64,000 bases of DNA from Phoronis australis (Eukaryota; Animalia; Phoronida), in the NCBI GenBank assembly GCA_002633005.1, contig NMRA01000342.1, positions 119,063 to 183,062 on the forward strand, read 5' to 3'. A model generated the notes under the pieces. It had not been told where the DNA came from, did no database searches, and saw only the letters and a program-made list of their open reading frames with translations. The translations under genes and the position numbers were made by a program. Position 1 is the stretch's first letter. Every line of letters begins with the position of its first letter. Positions 1 through 14,007 of this stretch are shown one piece after another.

Positions 1-2136
1 CCCCCCCCCCCCCCCCCCCAACTTACTCTTAGTAGGATGTTGTCAGGCAAAAGTTATGGTTAACCAGTTTCTCCAGGTTGCATGGTATTCATCTAAATTA
101 CCATTATTTAATAAAATCCTTCTTTGAATATAAAATTCTCTTTCTAATATCATAAGGAACTGACAGAAACTGGGGATTATTTTTTACACCTGAATAGGTA
201 AATAAAATGCTTTAATTGCAAAAGTATCCAATTTAAAACTTTATTTTCATTACTTATGGGCATCCCAAAAAACATTGTTTTTTGTCAATAACCATATTTA
301 TACCTTTTACCAACAACACCCAAATGCGTAATTCTCCTATCAATATTTTTTATATTATTGCATTCGAAAAAGATGTGATCCACTGTTTCACTTTGTGAAT
401 GACAGAAAGTACATACATCAGAGTCCACCAGGTTAATTTTTCTAAGAAAAGAGTTGGTTACAAGTATTCTGTGTAATAGTTTAAACTGCAGTGTACATAA
501 CTTGAAATCATAAATAGTTTTAAAAGACAGTGAATATAATTTTTTCCAGTCATCACTTCGAAAGTTATAACCTTCTTTTTGAATTTTTTTTGGGCAATAG
601 GCAAAATGTTGTTGTGGCAGACACTTTCATATATTATTTTACATATTGATGTGCAGTTTAAAAAATTACGGATATTAAAAGGTATTATTGGTCCAAAAAT
701 CTTAATTAACTGCATTTGTAATGGTGTTCTCCTCAGAAACGACCTAATAGACTCAATCAGAGAACAATATTCCAAAAAGTTTGTAGATATGTTCGAGATC
801 TTTTTGAATTCAGTAAATGAGTAAAAACTGTTATTTTCATCAAGTAGGTCATTAATAAAAAGAACACCACCACTAGCATACTTGCTAAAGAAGATAGATT
901 TTCTGTCTATTAGTATTTCATCGTTATGCCATAAACTTGTTGAGAGTAAATCGTTCGCATCTTTATGGGGCTGTTTACTAATGAAAAAAAGACCAGTTAC
1001 TTAGAATTTTGTTCCAAAAAGGATTGATTAATTCAGTATGGTATTTAATAAAAACATTTCCAAAATTTATAATATTTGACAAACAAGGACTTAGTGTTTG
1101 ACCCTTCATTGCCTGCGGGCTAATCACCAGTGTGCAGTGCTGTATCCTCTCTAATCGACCATAGTTGGCTCCTTGGCGGTGGAGCTTTGCAGTTACATGT
1201 AATATGTATGGCAATGATTTCATCTCCATTGACAGTACTAAACGATGAACGCTGCAAGTGCAAAAAGAACATGTGTGCTGGGAAACTGAGTTTGTGCTGC
1301 AATGCTGGGTCAAACTGTACAGAAATGTGCAGCTGTGACAACTGTAGTAACATCAGCAACACGACAGCATAACATTGGATAGCTCTTTGACAAGTCAACC
1401 CTTAATAGACCTCCAACCCCGTTATTTCCTTTTTTGTATTAAAAAGTTAATTTTATTTGTTGATTAAGTCATAGAAAGTACATACTTTGATCATTGTCAT
1501 GTATCTGTCTCATACTGCTTGATAAACGCTGTCAGAATAATCTATTATTTTCATGCAGTCTTTGTGCACATTCACAGAGATCTTCAACTGTATTGTTTTT
1601 GTACTATAACGTATTTCTGGTGTATTATGCAAATAAACTGTATTTTACACCATTAGTCAACGTTTTAGTCATTGGGGCACAAATTTTGCCCAGTCTCAAG
1701 TGTTTTGTGTGATTTTTGTTGCCTGACAACGCCAGAATAACTTCTTAGTAACATTCAGATTTAGTTTGCATTTTTGCCGCTAGGTGTCTCTTTACGTTTT
1801 TTAAATTTCACTGTTTACATTTAATTTACAATAGTAAAACATGTAATGTGAGTGTAATATTGTTCAATACAATGGCATTGATGGGGCCATATTACTTGTT
1901 TTACAAAAAAGTCACCAAAACTGTTGTTTTTGCAAATATAAGTTTACTAAGCTCTTTGGTGATTATTAGGTAACTTCAAACTCAAATTTCTCAAAAATGT
2001 GCAACTTTATATGTGGGAACTTTTTAGATTTTGAAAACATTCTAATGAATTAAAAAACACCAAAATAAAATTGTCCCCCTAAAGTACTCACAAAAACCAT
2101 TTTCTAGAGGCCCTACAAAATCTGGCCAACCGACTA
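1..2136 (+). mobile_element. Right part of a degenerate Academ-like DNA transposon
   Basis: Frameshifted remnant at ~1098-1372 (LTLHCLRANHQ...HSW...CKCKKNMC..LCC..G.NCTEMCSCDNC) resembles the C-terminal Cys8 zinc finger of AcademX proteins. The element ends ...GGCCAACCGACTA, matching Academ TAG...CTA termini. Confidence 0.6.
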
Positions 2137-2439
2137 ACTTGGTTGAGTGCCTATTTGGGACTGTTTCATGCAATCGGCCACAGGGTCACCGTGAATGCGC
2201 CTTTTCGTGCTCATTCTCGTACTGGTCCACTCTATGTTTCAATCGGTGGTGAGAACATCCTTCTAATGAAACGTGTATGGTTGCCCAGTGCAACCAGCGT
2301 TCGGTGTCCCGCGGCCAGTGAAGCTGGGCCAGTAACTGATAAAAGTTAACTTGGCACCTGGGCCAATAAATTTTCATACTAACAGGCCCGGTGGGCCAGC
2401 ACATTTATTTGATGAAGTTCGAACGCTGAATGCATGATA

Positions 2440-3005
2440 ATCATTTATGTATGATGGATTATGTCTGACACAAATTCCAATTGTGTCAGTCATCAATCAG
2501 ATTTATGTTAGACATAAATAATTAAGTCTGTTATAAAATGGTTTACATCTCACATAATTGTCGAACAATATCGTACATAATTCATTAATGCCAACCATAA
2601 TTCTGCTTTTATCAGATATACATAAGATTAATATCCACCATTATAAGTCGTTACATTCTCCACGCCGTTTTTCTGCAAAATGTCAAGTGGGATGTGAACA
2701 AAACAATGCGTTAGAAGTTTATTCATTGATGAAAGGTTACTGAATCGGCTGAAATCACTGCGGGTTTAGTGAAAGAATGCATCGAGGCGATTCTCATTGG
2801 CTGATTTATGCCAGACATAAATACGATTTTTGTCAGATACAAATAGTATAATGGTGGATATTAATGTTATTTATGTATGATATAAATACAATTATGGTTG
2901 ACATTGATGAATCATATACGAATTATTCGAGAATTATGCCAAACATAATTATTTATGCCAGGTATAATTCCGATTTGTCTCACACGTTAATCAGAATTAT
3001 GCCGT
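2440..3005. mobile_element. Palindromic MITE/foldback element
   Basis: Left half is the reverse complement of the right half (e.g. ttaatatccaccattata vs tataatggtggatattaa). Confidence 0.65.
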
Positions 3006-3419
3006 AATGTGCCAGCCATAGACGTGACGTGTAGTCAATTACAAGCAAATGGCATACACAAAAACGAAAAAGGAGAAAGATAAACGTGGTTATATATAAG
3101 TTCTTTAATGCTGCCTCGTTCGTAACGAAAGTGATTTCTGGCCTTGAGTAACTGTAATAGATGCTTGAGACCTCGATCTACGCGAAAGAACCACGGAGTT
3201 CAAGTCAAATTTGTGGGCGTGTTATCAAGCAAAAATAAATCGTCATTTTATCCTAAGCCAAGCAATCATTTGAGAAGACCAGCCATCTGTGCAAGTTACC
3301 TAAATCAACCATTAGTCAATAGTATACCGTGGGTTAGTATGGCGCTTCAGTCTCCCAACAGGGGTGGTATAACTTGATGGGGGGTTGGGGAAACACTAGA
3401 TTACTGGAAAGAGTTGTAG

Positions 3420-5819
3420 CAAGGAGTGTAATAAAATAGGAGAGTTCACTTGTGAGTTCGCTGTTATCGCTACTACTAGCGCCGTCAAGTGGTGAATATG
3501 CAACGGTCAAATAGGAAGCGCGGGAATGGGCAAAGGCGCATTTTGCTGTGCAATAAACTGCACTAATTCATCGATGAAAGCCCTAGGCGTGTCATTTTGT
3601 ACATTTCCTAAAGATCCATAAATGTAAGTGTTTACTTGTCATTCAATAATATGATACACTCTTTCATTTTGTGTGTTCTGCTCACGGTTGAAAGACAAGT
3701 CGATCGCAGTCCCGGTGCCACGGCTGTCGTCTCACTCTGCAGTTTAGGCTACTGCACAGGCTACGCTCTGCCTTCTGCAGATACTTTGCTGTCCATGAAC
3801 GTCTACTAAAATTATATTTGAGGGAGCATGAGAATGGAATACGGTGTTGTGGTAGTGATCAATTGTCTTACTTTCTTCTTCTCACTTGTATTACACGTAC
3901 TGCAAAAACCAATTGTCTGCACTAGTAGCATGTAGTCTGGCGTATCCAATAGGGAACACATTCAAAATTGTTGGGTGGACATGAAACGCGCAGTGAGCTG
4001 GGAGGACTTTGTAATGAAAAGTTGGAAAACACCTAGGATGGTACTGTGACTTGATGGCCACCAGTCATTACAAGAAAAAGTCCTTGGAGTCATGCACAAA
4101 ACGCCTGAGAGCCAAATCTTATCACCACCTCAGCGCATGTTGTTAATGGTCAGGGGAGCAACCAAAATTTGTGGCGATGGGAGGGGCTCAACACTCATGT
4201 TGCATACCCCATTGGTTTTTACCTGTTTAGCGCTCCTCCCATGTACTCCCTGGGAGGAGGTCAACACCCATTTGGCACCCACCTGCTTTGCACTCCTCCC
4301 GTGTACCCCTTTGTTGGCACTTGGAAACAACTCCCCCTTGAACGCCCAGGAACAAAACACTAAAATTGTATTGTCCATGGAGGTATGAAATGTTATGAGG
4401 AACGGTAATTTGCATTTTTAAGACTAGACTCAAACATGAAGCAAAACCATAGTGATGGCTTTTGAGGAGAATGAAAGCAAATACACTTTTTATTAATATA
4501 CAGAACAGAAATACAGCCATGTAAGACAAAAATCAAGCCATTCTCACTCTAAACATACACGCCACACGCCCACACGCACCCACCCCCCCCCCATACCCAC
4601 CCACTTTTAGTAGGATGTTGTTTGGCAAAAGTTATGGTTAACCAGTTTCTCCAGGTTGCATGGTATTCATCTAAATTACCGTTATTTGATAAACTAAAGT
4701 ATTCTATGTAATTGTCTAAACTGGAGTGTACATAACTTGAAATCATAAGTAGTTTTAAAAGACAACGAATATAATTATTTCCAGTCATCACTTCGAAAGT
4801 TATAACCTTCTTCTTGAAATATTTTTTGGCAAATGGGCAAAATTTTGTTCTGGCAGACAATTTCATATACCATTTTACATATTGACGTGCACTTTAAAAA
4901 GTACGGATATTAAAAGGTATTATTGGTCCATATATCTTAATTAACTGCATTTGTAGTGGTGTTCTCCTCAGAAACGACCTAATAGACTCAATCAGAGAAC
5001 AATATTCCAAAACGTTTGTAGATATATTCGAGATCTTTTTAAATTCAATAAATGAGTAAAAACTGTTATTTTCATCAAGTAGGTCATTAATAAAAAGAAC
5101 ACCAGCACTAGCATAGTTGCTAAAGAATATTTTCTGTCTATTAGTATTTCATTGTTATGCCATAAACTTGTTGAGAGTAAATCATTCGCATCTTTATCTG
5201 TTTTCTAATGAAGTTAATCGGGTAACATAGCATCGGCAAATAAATATTGGCACTAATTTCCGAAAGTTTCCAATACGGTAAAAAGCTTCTACATTATTTT
5301 TAAGAGAAATTATTTAACTAACACAATTTCATCAGTTGATTCTCACTCTGTCTCCTTTTCACCAGCAATAACGAGAACATGTCTCCTGCTATACTGTTGC
5401 TACTCATCACATTCTTATTGTAAGGCGACAATATAAGAATCATACTTTTGCTTCAAATCGGACAATTCTTGCCTTATCGCAGTTATTTCCTGGTCTTTTT
5501 CTTTCAACTTTTCTTGCAAACTGAAGTTTTAAACCCGGCCTGCAGAAAGTTCATTCAAATTTTGATCTAGCCAACTTTGTAACATATGCATTAGATTATA
5601 AGTGGATTTTGGTTTTCGTATTTTACTCGTTTTCAATCACACAGTAATTTTATTGCACGTCGAACGTCATTAAAGTATGAATTTATCAGTGCTTAACATG
5701 GTTGGAACTGCACCGCTAAATTAGTGTCGCTTGGGGCGCTAGTTTTTCGACCGATAACCATTGCGGCGAATGGCAAGATGGCGGAGTGAACTCTCATATC
5801 CTTCGTAGTACACTCCTTG
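3420..5819. mobile_element. Non-autonomous TIR element, P-superfamily-like (2.4 kb)
   Basis: TIRs CAAGGAGTGTA...GAGAGTTCACT at both ends; 7-bp flanks gttgtag / gttgcag (TSD with one mismatch). Confidence 0.7.
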
Positions 5820-6377
5820 GTTGCAGTAAAAATATTCTTGGAAAATTGCACGAGTTTCGAAATAAATGGGAACGCGGCAATTGTGTGAATGGAGCTTGAC
5901 TTTTTCGCTACAAAATGGAAGATGTTAATGCGTAGTCAATGAAATAGAAACTATTAAATGAAAAATGTAAAGAATGGACGGAAACATATGAATATTTAAG
6001 CATGTATAAGGAATACTTGCGTACGACTCTAAGTGAATCTTAGATGCATACACCTACATGTACATGTGAAACATTTGTTTGAAACATTTTCTTGAAAAAT
6101 TCATTCTTTATGCACATGGACATAGATACGCGCTGGACGGCAGTGTAAGCGATGAAACATAACGAATTGCTTCACGGTTTGTACAGCAATTTGGCCACGT
6201 TTTTGCTTCACAGCGATAATCAGTAACATTACTGTTGGATAGAATAGACTTCCTGCGGTTATTAACTTTGACTAGAGCATAAAAAACAACTAAATTCGTT
6301 GCGCTTTTGCGATTTCACATGAAATCGCCAGTTCTCGCAGTTTGTTGCCCATCGTTCGATGAAAATTAAGGTTGTAA

Positions 6378-7291
6378 AGGGAAATACAACCCTTTTCATG
6401 ACATTTTTAGCAAAAATAAGGTTGTTTGGTTATCCCAGACACATTTTTCATTTAATTACAGCTTTTCGTAATTTAATTAATTATTCGTCCTTTACTCCGG
6501 AAGTGACGTTTTGGGAGGCAAGAATTTCGCGCCAATTTCTTTTCATAAAGTGTGACTGTGATAGCTGGCGAGTCAGTCATTGCTATACCTCCGTTGTGCC
6601 AAGTTCGGTTGTCGTTTGCTTTTGTTTACGAGTCAGTAAACCTGTCACACTGATGCTGTATACCGGAATGTACTCATTATCACCCAGAGCCTGTAAGCAG
6701 CCCTGCTGCGATGTTGAGTAGACGGGGAGTGAATACAGGTCCCGTTCGACACCCAGTGAAGAGGACTGTTCGTCGTCCAATGAATAAATCGGTAAGCCAA
6801 ACTTTGATAAGTTTATTGAGGACTTGTCTAAAGTATTGGAGTTATTTAGAAGGTGCCTGGTGTGTAGCGAGGGAGTCACACGGCGGTGTGTAAGCAGTTT
6901 GTGTGCTCGAGTCACCATCCAGTGGGAGTGTGTCGCGGCCAGGACACTCGGGCAAGTGGGACAATTGTTCCTCTGTCCATGAGACGACAATGAGTACATC
7001 TTGGTACGCAGCTACAGGGTGGCATGTTGACTGACTCGTAAACAAAAGCAAACGACGACCGGTCTAATTACAGCAGAGGTAGAACAATGACTGACTCGCT
7101 GCAGCTCTAACAGTCAGACTATATGAAAAGAAATTGGCGCGAAATACTTGTCTCCCAAAACGTCACTTCCGGAGTAAAAGACGAGTAATTGTTTAAATTA
7201 CAAAAAGCTGTAATTAAATGAAAAATATGTCTGGGATCATCAACGAACCTTTTTTTGCTAAAAATGACATGAAAAAGGGTTGTCTTCGCCT
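6378..7291. mobile_element. Kolobok-like MITE with ~300-bp TIRs
   Basis: 6378-6680 is an inverted copy of 6990-7291; AGG...CCT termini flanked by gtaa / ttaa. Confidence 0.75.
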
Positions 7292-8395
7292 TTAAGTTTA
7301 TGTTAAGATTATGTTAAGACTTATCGACAAGACTAGAATGTATCTAGCCGGAAATTGACAATACTACAGCACTTACATTTTTAATCATTTATTGTTAAGC
7401 CCGTAGAACTTTTGTCTTAATAAAATCTGCCATTAATTAATAAAATTTAGCAAAAATAAGAAAGGTATGTTCATAACAAAACAACGGCATCAATAACATT
7501 GGCCAAAATTCGTTTCATGAAAATTATCAAGATATAATTTCCCAAACGCTGCTACAATTCTCTAAACAATCCTTTCTTTTTCGTATTATACAAAGTTTAA
7601 GTTTTTCCATAAAACCATAAAAGTTCTAATATCGATAGTCTCTCTTGCAAAAGCGGGTCATTCTCAAACAATTCTTAAAAGAATTTTAGAGACCATTTCA
7701 TAAACCATATGATATGAGAGTTTCATATGAATCCGAGCAGCCATTTCTGAAATATGACGTTCCATTTTCTAGGATCCGTGTGCGATTTAGACAAATTCTT
7801 GACCACCTGCCAAGTGGGATTTAGACCTTCCCCCGAGTAAAGTGTACTGAATACGACTGAGCTGTGGATGATTTAAAGAAAAAAATTCGTTTATTATGAT
7901 CACTGGCAGTTTTTCAAAATGAGACGTAAAGCGGCATTATATAATGCTTTCTGTCAAAAAGCAAGTGTTCATTTAGGCTGCGTAACGGTGTAATCTACTT
8001 CGAGGTAATTACAGGGGTTTAAAAGAATTGACAGTTCCTTATTCCTTCAGACCAAGCTCACAAAAGTTCAGGTAGTCACGGCGTCACTTAAAATTCTATT
8101 CGCCTGACCCGAAAAACTAACAGTCAGTTCTTTCGGGGCCCAGAGCCTCACTTTGGAACTAAGTAAGAAAAAAGATAAGACCTTAATCAAAACCTTTCTT
8201 GCCAGAAAGTACAGATTTATTGCCTCTTTTAGTTTGTTTTGTTACAATGTGTCTGTGATATTGTATTTTCTTGAGGAATTTTCTTTAAAATCGTGTCAAA
8301 GCTTGCTTCTTTATTTCAATTTACAAACTGTTGGACCACGAAAGCGTGTGTACTGTTTTTTGAAATGTAAATAATCTTGTATCGTTTTTTAATAG

Positions 8396-11300
8396 GATGC
8401 ATTAACGAGGCACGAGGAAGTTCAAATACCCGGATGCAGGAAGACCGGCAGCTTGTCTTGCATGTTAAGCGTGCCGCGACAAGGATACGTCCCAGGCGAG
8501 AGCATACGAGCGGAGGTGCAAATTGACAACAATTCTAATCTGAGCCTCAAGCGAGCATATCTCAAACTTCGTCAGGTATGAGCATGCGCAGACAGGGGTC
8601 CACAGTGGCGCGGCCATTCCTTCACTTCATTACAAACAGTTATAGCTCCTTCCTGAGGCTTCTTCGGTTGGTTGAGATATCATGTTTGTGTCTCTTTTGT
8701 TGAATTCTCCGGCCTGCTCACGCCAGTGGTTGTTTTGGACCTAATTTTAATTAAACGCAGAGGTCATTTCGTGGTTCACTGAAAGGAACAGTGCGGTAAT
8801 TTGCCTAACCGAAATAGTAAAACATCCCTTTAAATTCGACATGAGCTTTGGATTGTCTCGAAAATACCGTTTTTATGCATCCACGTGTGGTCGCGTATTC
8901 GAACCTTTGTGTCAAGTTTCACTGAAATCCGTCAACTGCTTCTCTAAATATCGCTAGGGAACGTTTTCCCCAAAACCCTCACCGCTCTGGCTGCCTCTGG
9001 GAGATTATGGGCAGCGCACCATAGGGGGCTATAGCACTAACCCAAATATTTCCGTGCTGCGCCACCCATAGAAGTGGGGCATATTAAAAATGGTATGCGC
9101 TGTTCTAGTGATGACCTATACATTTGCGCAAAATTTCATCAAGATCCAAAAAGTATTTTTGAGATATCGAGCGAACACCAGGAAAGAATGATGACAAGTA
9201 ATGACGTCAATGCGCAGTTACCATAGCAACTGGTGCTGTTTGAAAAAATTGGCACTTTTGTGGCGCAGAGTCCGTGCTCTTGAAATTTCTGTTGGAGGTG
9301 GGAACTGATATATATGCAGTCAATGAATCCTTTACTTTGGGTTGTAATATAATCGGCCATATGGCATTGATTTACGCTCAATTATTTGCATAATAATAGT
9401 GACTCAAACTTAAGACGGGTGCAAGTAATTGATTTGCATCAAGCTATTACAAGTCGAAATTCACGTTTAAGTTCCACTGGGATTGATTTTAAATCCAAAT
9501 TGTACAGGAGTGGTGACACTAAGGATACTTGAATAAACATTTCACCTGAATAACACTGAATAAGTGCAAGCAATCAAACAAGCATTCTCTTCAAGACCAA
9601 CTAAAGAGTCCGGATAATAACAATGGTACACTAATACGCCAGTTTACCTTGCTAAGCGCGTTACTTGACTTGAATACACACATTTTCTGCCTATTTTACA
9701 GTTCTACTCCGCTTTACTTGTCATGGGGCATAACTCTAAGTTCATGTATGAAAACTCGAAAATTCGATTAATTAGTGAACGTAGGAAATGTAAGAATTCA
9801 ATATTTTGCTGCCCCATTGATTAAATTGAAGACTTCGCAAATGTCATGTAAGGGTAAGCCTATGATTTAGGTGGCCAGACTGTCTCTTCCACGAGTCGCT
9901 CAGAAACTGCTAAACAAGTAAAGTGGTGGAAGTTGACGGCATTTCGTGAAAATAATATCTCGGAGTAGTGACTATTTACTTGAAAAGGATACTGAAGAAA
10001 TGAAGCCCACATACCAAAAGCAGAAATGTTGCTTGACCTTGATTTCGATGCCCGATAGTACAAGATAATATCTGCCCACCCACCCCCCCCCCAAAAAAAA
10101 ACAAACTCCTTCTTAAATTATACACATATAGGCTAAGTGAGGAACTGTGTTCATGAGTGTACGGCAGCTGTGTAACTTAGGCTATGTTCGAGTAACATTG
10201 CGTATTGAGCTTCTGGGGAGAGTAGCCGTCTATGTTACGATCAGGTGGCACCGAACAGTTTGTACAGGTTTTTGTGATTTTCGCGCTTCCACTCTCTTCT
10301 TCACTGTGTCAGTGAACAAAAACTCATTACGTGTAAATTTTCAGAGACTTTACACTTCTGCTTTAGAGAGATTTGATTAGTTTTTACAAATAGTTGCGTA
10401 GAACACCACCGAATTTCTGACTTGAGTCTTAACCCATTGTTATGAAGCAGGCAAGGTGGTACAGAAATTAGTATGACAATCAAGCCGATTCAGCTCCATC
10501 GATACCTGGCAACAAAACGTAGATTTCGTTTAAAATCACAAGTAAATGGGGAATACAACGATTGACAATTCGTTTAAGCCACCACCAGTACGTGAACACT
10601 GTGTTTTTGTTTGGGCACGGAATCTTTCCGATTATTACTTATTCGTGAAGAACAAAATTTTTTTACTATGGATATGGGTTTCGTTGGTCAAACGGTGCCG
10701 GAGTGGTTTGTGATGGTAACAGCTTGCGACTGTAATAATTCAAAGACGTATTTTCTTTGTATATTAAGAGCTAACTAACTGTATAAATGCTGATCTTGGT
10801 TGGACTTCATGAAAATGTGGCCGACCTTGCCAGGATTTTTATCGACAACTCACATCATACAATGGGCTCCAAAACTGAGCAAAGGTGGTTCTCAGAAAGA
10901 TAAGACGTTTTTGACAATCCTGAATGCGTTAGGAACTACATAATTGATGCCTTTTGGTGATGCAATCCATATCTTTCGAAAATGTTGGTTTTATCAGGAT
11001 TTACATCCCTAGTATGGAAAAGCACTTGAAATGATTTGTTTATTTTGAAAAAATTAAATATCCAATTCAGTCAACGACGCCGTGTACTTGTGTATCTCCA
11101 CTTTGTGTAGCCAGTTTAGTGGAAGCTGAAAATAAAGTCAAGTTCCAGACAGACTTCCCCATTAAGTTGTGACTTGACTTGCATGATAGATGTCGCTTCA
11201 GTGTTGCGTCTTTACTACCGACTAAAACTAGCGACAGTGCGATTATAAATGTATTGTAGTAACTTAGGCGACATCAACATGGCTAACCGTCTTTGCTAAG

Positions 11301-12314
11301 TTGTTCGACGTCATTTGTACAACCAATCATGAGTCCGAATATATAGGACGGTCTAGTCCCAGCTAAAGGTAGTCTATATTTCGAGACACGCACGTGTCAC
11401 TTCTTTTGCTTTGACATACCGCCGGGACTTTGAGTGACGGCTTAACTGGCCATTTTTAAAAAACCCATCATTCTTGACACATATTCGTTTCCAAGCCGCC
11501 CATTTGCCCGACAAACAACCCGTTGCTGAGTGGAAAACTTATTGTTTGTTAGTCGATATTACGCAAGGGGGCGGAGCTTGCGATAGGTCAAGCCATCAAC
11601 GGAATCTTGGTTTAAACTTTCAAGGTTTTATTTTGCAGATTGTTCAGGTCTGCGATACGTCGTTCAAGAAATACGCAGAAGTCACTCACGACGTGTCTGT
11701 TATGGAATTCCTAAATAAAGAAAATAGAAAACGCTCCGTCGGGGCGCGCCACTGGACGGAAACACTTGTAAACATTCCCGCTTTGCCGCCGTCCCGTCTG
11801 GATGGTTGTGAACACATTGATATCAAATACGAACTGGTGGTAAGTTAAGGAATCGTGGATTCTATGACGCAAGGCTTCTGGCGACGTTTCAATTATGTTT
11901 AGCCTAAACTGACTGACTGTTTTCCTTTACCGTGATGTAATTACTTAAACACTCCCGGCGAATACCCCCCCCCCCTCCCACACACACACACACTGCACGC
12001 ACAACCGTTTTCACTACATAAGCGTGCATACACGTGCACACGTCATTCGTTCATCTTATACAACTCTCATCGTGGGCTGGTGAACACAGTCTCTTGTCTT
12101 TAACTTGTGATTTTTTCCACCATTACAGTTTCACGTATCCGTCCGTTCCCGAGTGTTCGTCTGCGCCAGCGTACCTATCATCATAGGTTCAATACCTCAT
12201 TCCCACCTGATCATGCTGAAGTGGAGCCTCGCTTTCGCTTGCAACAGTAAGATTTCAAACGACGACACGTCCTATCTTAATGGCAAATTCAGACTAAAGG
12301 TGGCGTTCTCTTAA
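8396..12314 (+). CDS. Arrestin domain-containing protein (alpha-arrestin/ARRDC-like), last three coding exons 8396-8575, 11639-11839, 12129-12314; 5' exons not found in window
   Basis: Phase-0 GT-AG exons translate to ...PRQGYVPGESIRAEVQIDNNS... / ...IPALPPSRLDGCEHIDIKYEL / ...VPIIIGSIP...*, diagnostic of the arrestin C domain. Confidence 0.88.
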
Positions 12315-12371
12315 GGGTTTACCAGATGTAATTAAAGTAATTGAAAGCCATGTACATGCCAGCCGAAAGGT

Positions 12372-12545
12372 GTCTATATTTTAAAGACTGGGGTGCTCCT
12401 TTAAGGGGACAATAAACCCCCAGTCTTGAAAATAACAATTTTTGATTCACGACTCTTGGTAAAGTGTTTATATTTCAAAGACTGGGACAGTAAACCCCTA
12501 GTCTTTTGCAAAAACAGTTTTTGATTTAGGGCTCTTGACAAAGTC
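12372..12545. repeat. Duplicated short TTAA-GGGG (Kolobok-type end) fragments
   Basis: Two ~100-bp imperfect direct copies (aaagactggg...aaacccc.agtct...tttttgatt...ctctt). Confidence 0.45.
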
Positions 12546-12820
12546 ATTGGAACGACCACAACTTGTTCAATGACAGTACAATCGTGTCAGTGTTAGTTTC
12601 TTGGTTTGCAAAAAACTGACAACTAACTGTATTTAGTGCTTCACACAAGGCCCCTTGAACTGCTTGTCATGGCGCCTCATATCAGTTGCCAAGGCAGTAT
12701 GGTCGTTTTAGGACTTTCAGGCAATATATATAGTTATGATTTGTATGTATCAGCTTCGAATGGACAATACAACCGCTTAATAACCCATTTAGTTATTTTA
12801 CGGCGTTAAATAAATGATTT

Positions 12821-12900
12821 TGGCGGAAAACCGAGACAGGTTTCGAGCCCGGTCCGAAAGAGTTTAGGGCCGTAGACTGTACCAGTGCACCACTCAGCGG
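12821..12900 (-). mobile_element. tRNA-derived SINE head
   Basis: Minus strand has A-box-like GTGGTGCACTGG and B-box-like GGCTCGAAACC; no clean cloverleaf. Confidence 0.45.
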
Positions 12901-13661
12901 CTGACGTCATCGAACGTGAAAATAGAATACTTAAATGAGCAAACGCAACAATCGCCTGTGCAACAAACGGCATTGTACCGACATTTATACGCTATGAAAA
13001 ATAAGACGCAAAATTTCAATAACAACGACATCTTTAAATTAGTAAAATTTATGTCATTTTCTCTCACTTGTAAATCATCGATCTCCAGTTTGTATGCGAG
13101 TAAGGTGTGGTCGAGATGCTTTGTTGGACACTTAAACTCAGTAACCAGTGGAGACCTACTTTAGCAGACGATATTTTCACGATGGAAGTTTAGCATGATA
13201 AAATGTGTAGTAAGCTTAAAATAAAAAATATTTTACAGATTTACTTAAGTTCTGTTTTGTTTCAATTTTTATTTGGTTTTAAGTAAAAACATTTTAACAA
13301 GAAAAACTCGGGGTTTTTTGAAAAGTCACGACATCTGACCTCAGGCCTCTGACATAGACAGTAGTTACAAAAGCCGAGGCAAGTCGAGAAAGGTAGATAG
13401 ATTCATTGCAATATTTCTCGGGCAATAATTCTCCAAAATCCACTCGTGCTCTAGATTACGGAGGATAACGACTTCGCCATGTAATAAGCTACATATCTTA
13501 TGTTTTGCTGAAGTTTACTAAAACTGTTACCTGACTAAATTTCTGGCAAATTGGAATAAAGTCAAAAGTCGCATTCTACAGCCTTTCTATGTTCAGGGAA
13601 TATATACTTTAATGAGTTGAAGTCAATACTTTTGTAAATATTTAGCATAACTCAGATTCTA

Positions 13662-13725
13662 AGCGCCCGCTTTCTGTGCGTCCGCTTTTCTGTGCGCCCA
13701 ACTTGTGTGCGCCCGCCTTCTGCAA
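13662..13725. repeat. ~17-bp tandem repeat (tgtgcgcccgctttc) x4
   Basis: Directly visible. Confidence 0.7.
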
Positions 13726-14007
13726 AAAACTTTTGGACTTATAGTACTGTAAACAAAGATATGTGTGTTGGGATTTTTAAAGATTATAGTCCATAACCTA
13801 TGGTACAAAAGATTACTTTTGGCTTTTGTTTCAGGTAAGTCTCAAGAGAGTTTGGATAAAGAGACACACAAGAAACCAAAGTACAAAATATATAAATTCA
13901 AAAGCGTCGACGCACTGGACTTATACTCCCTCGGCTCGTCGCCATCGCAACATGGAAAACTTCTACAATTCACGGCCTCACGTTCCGTATCACAGTCGTT
14001 TAATAGT

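Noticed and set aside
458-824. ORFs 458-775, 579-824 and 4549-4866 as genes
   Set aside because: AT-rich transposon internal sequence; the duplicate copy does not preserve the frames.
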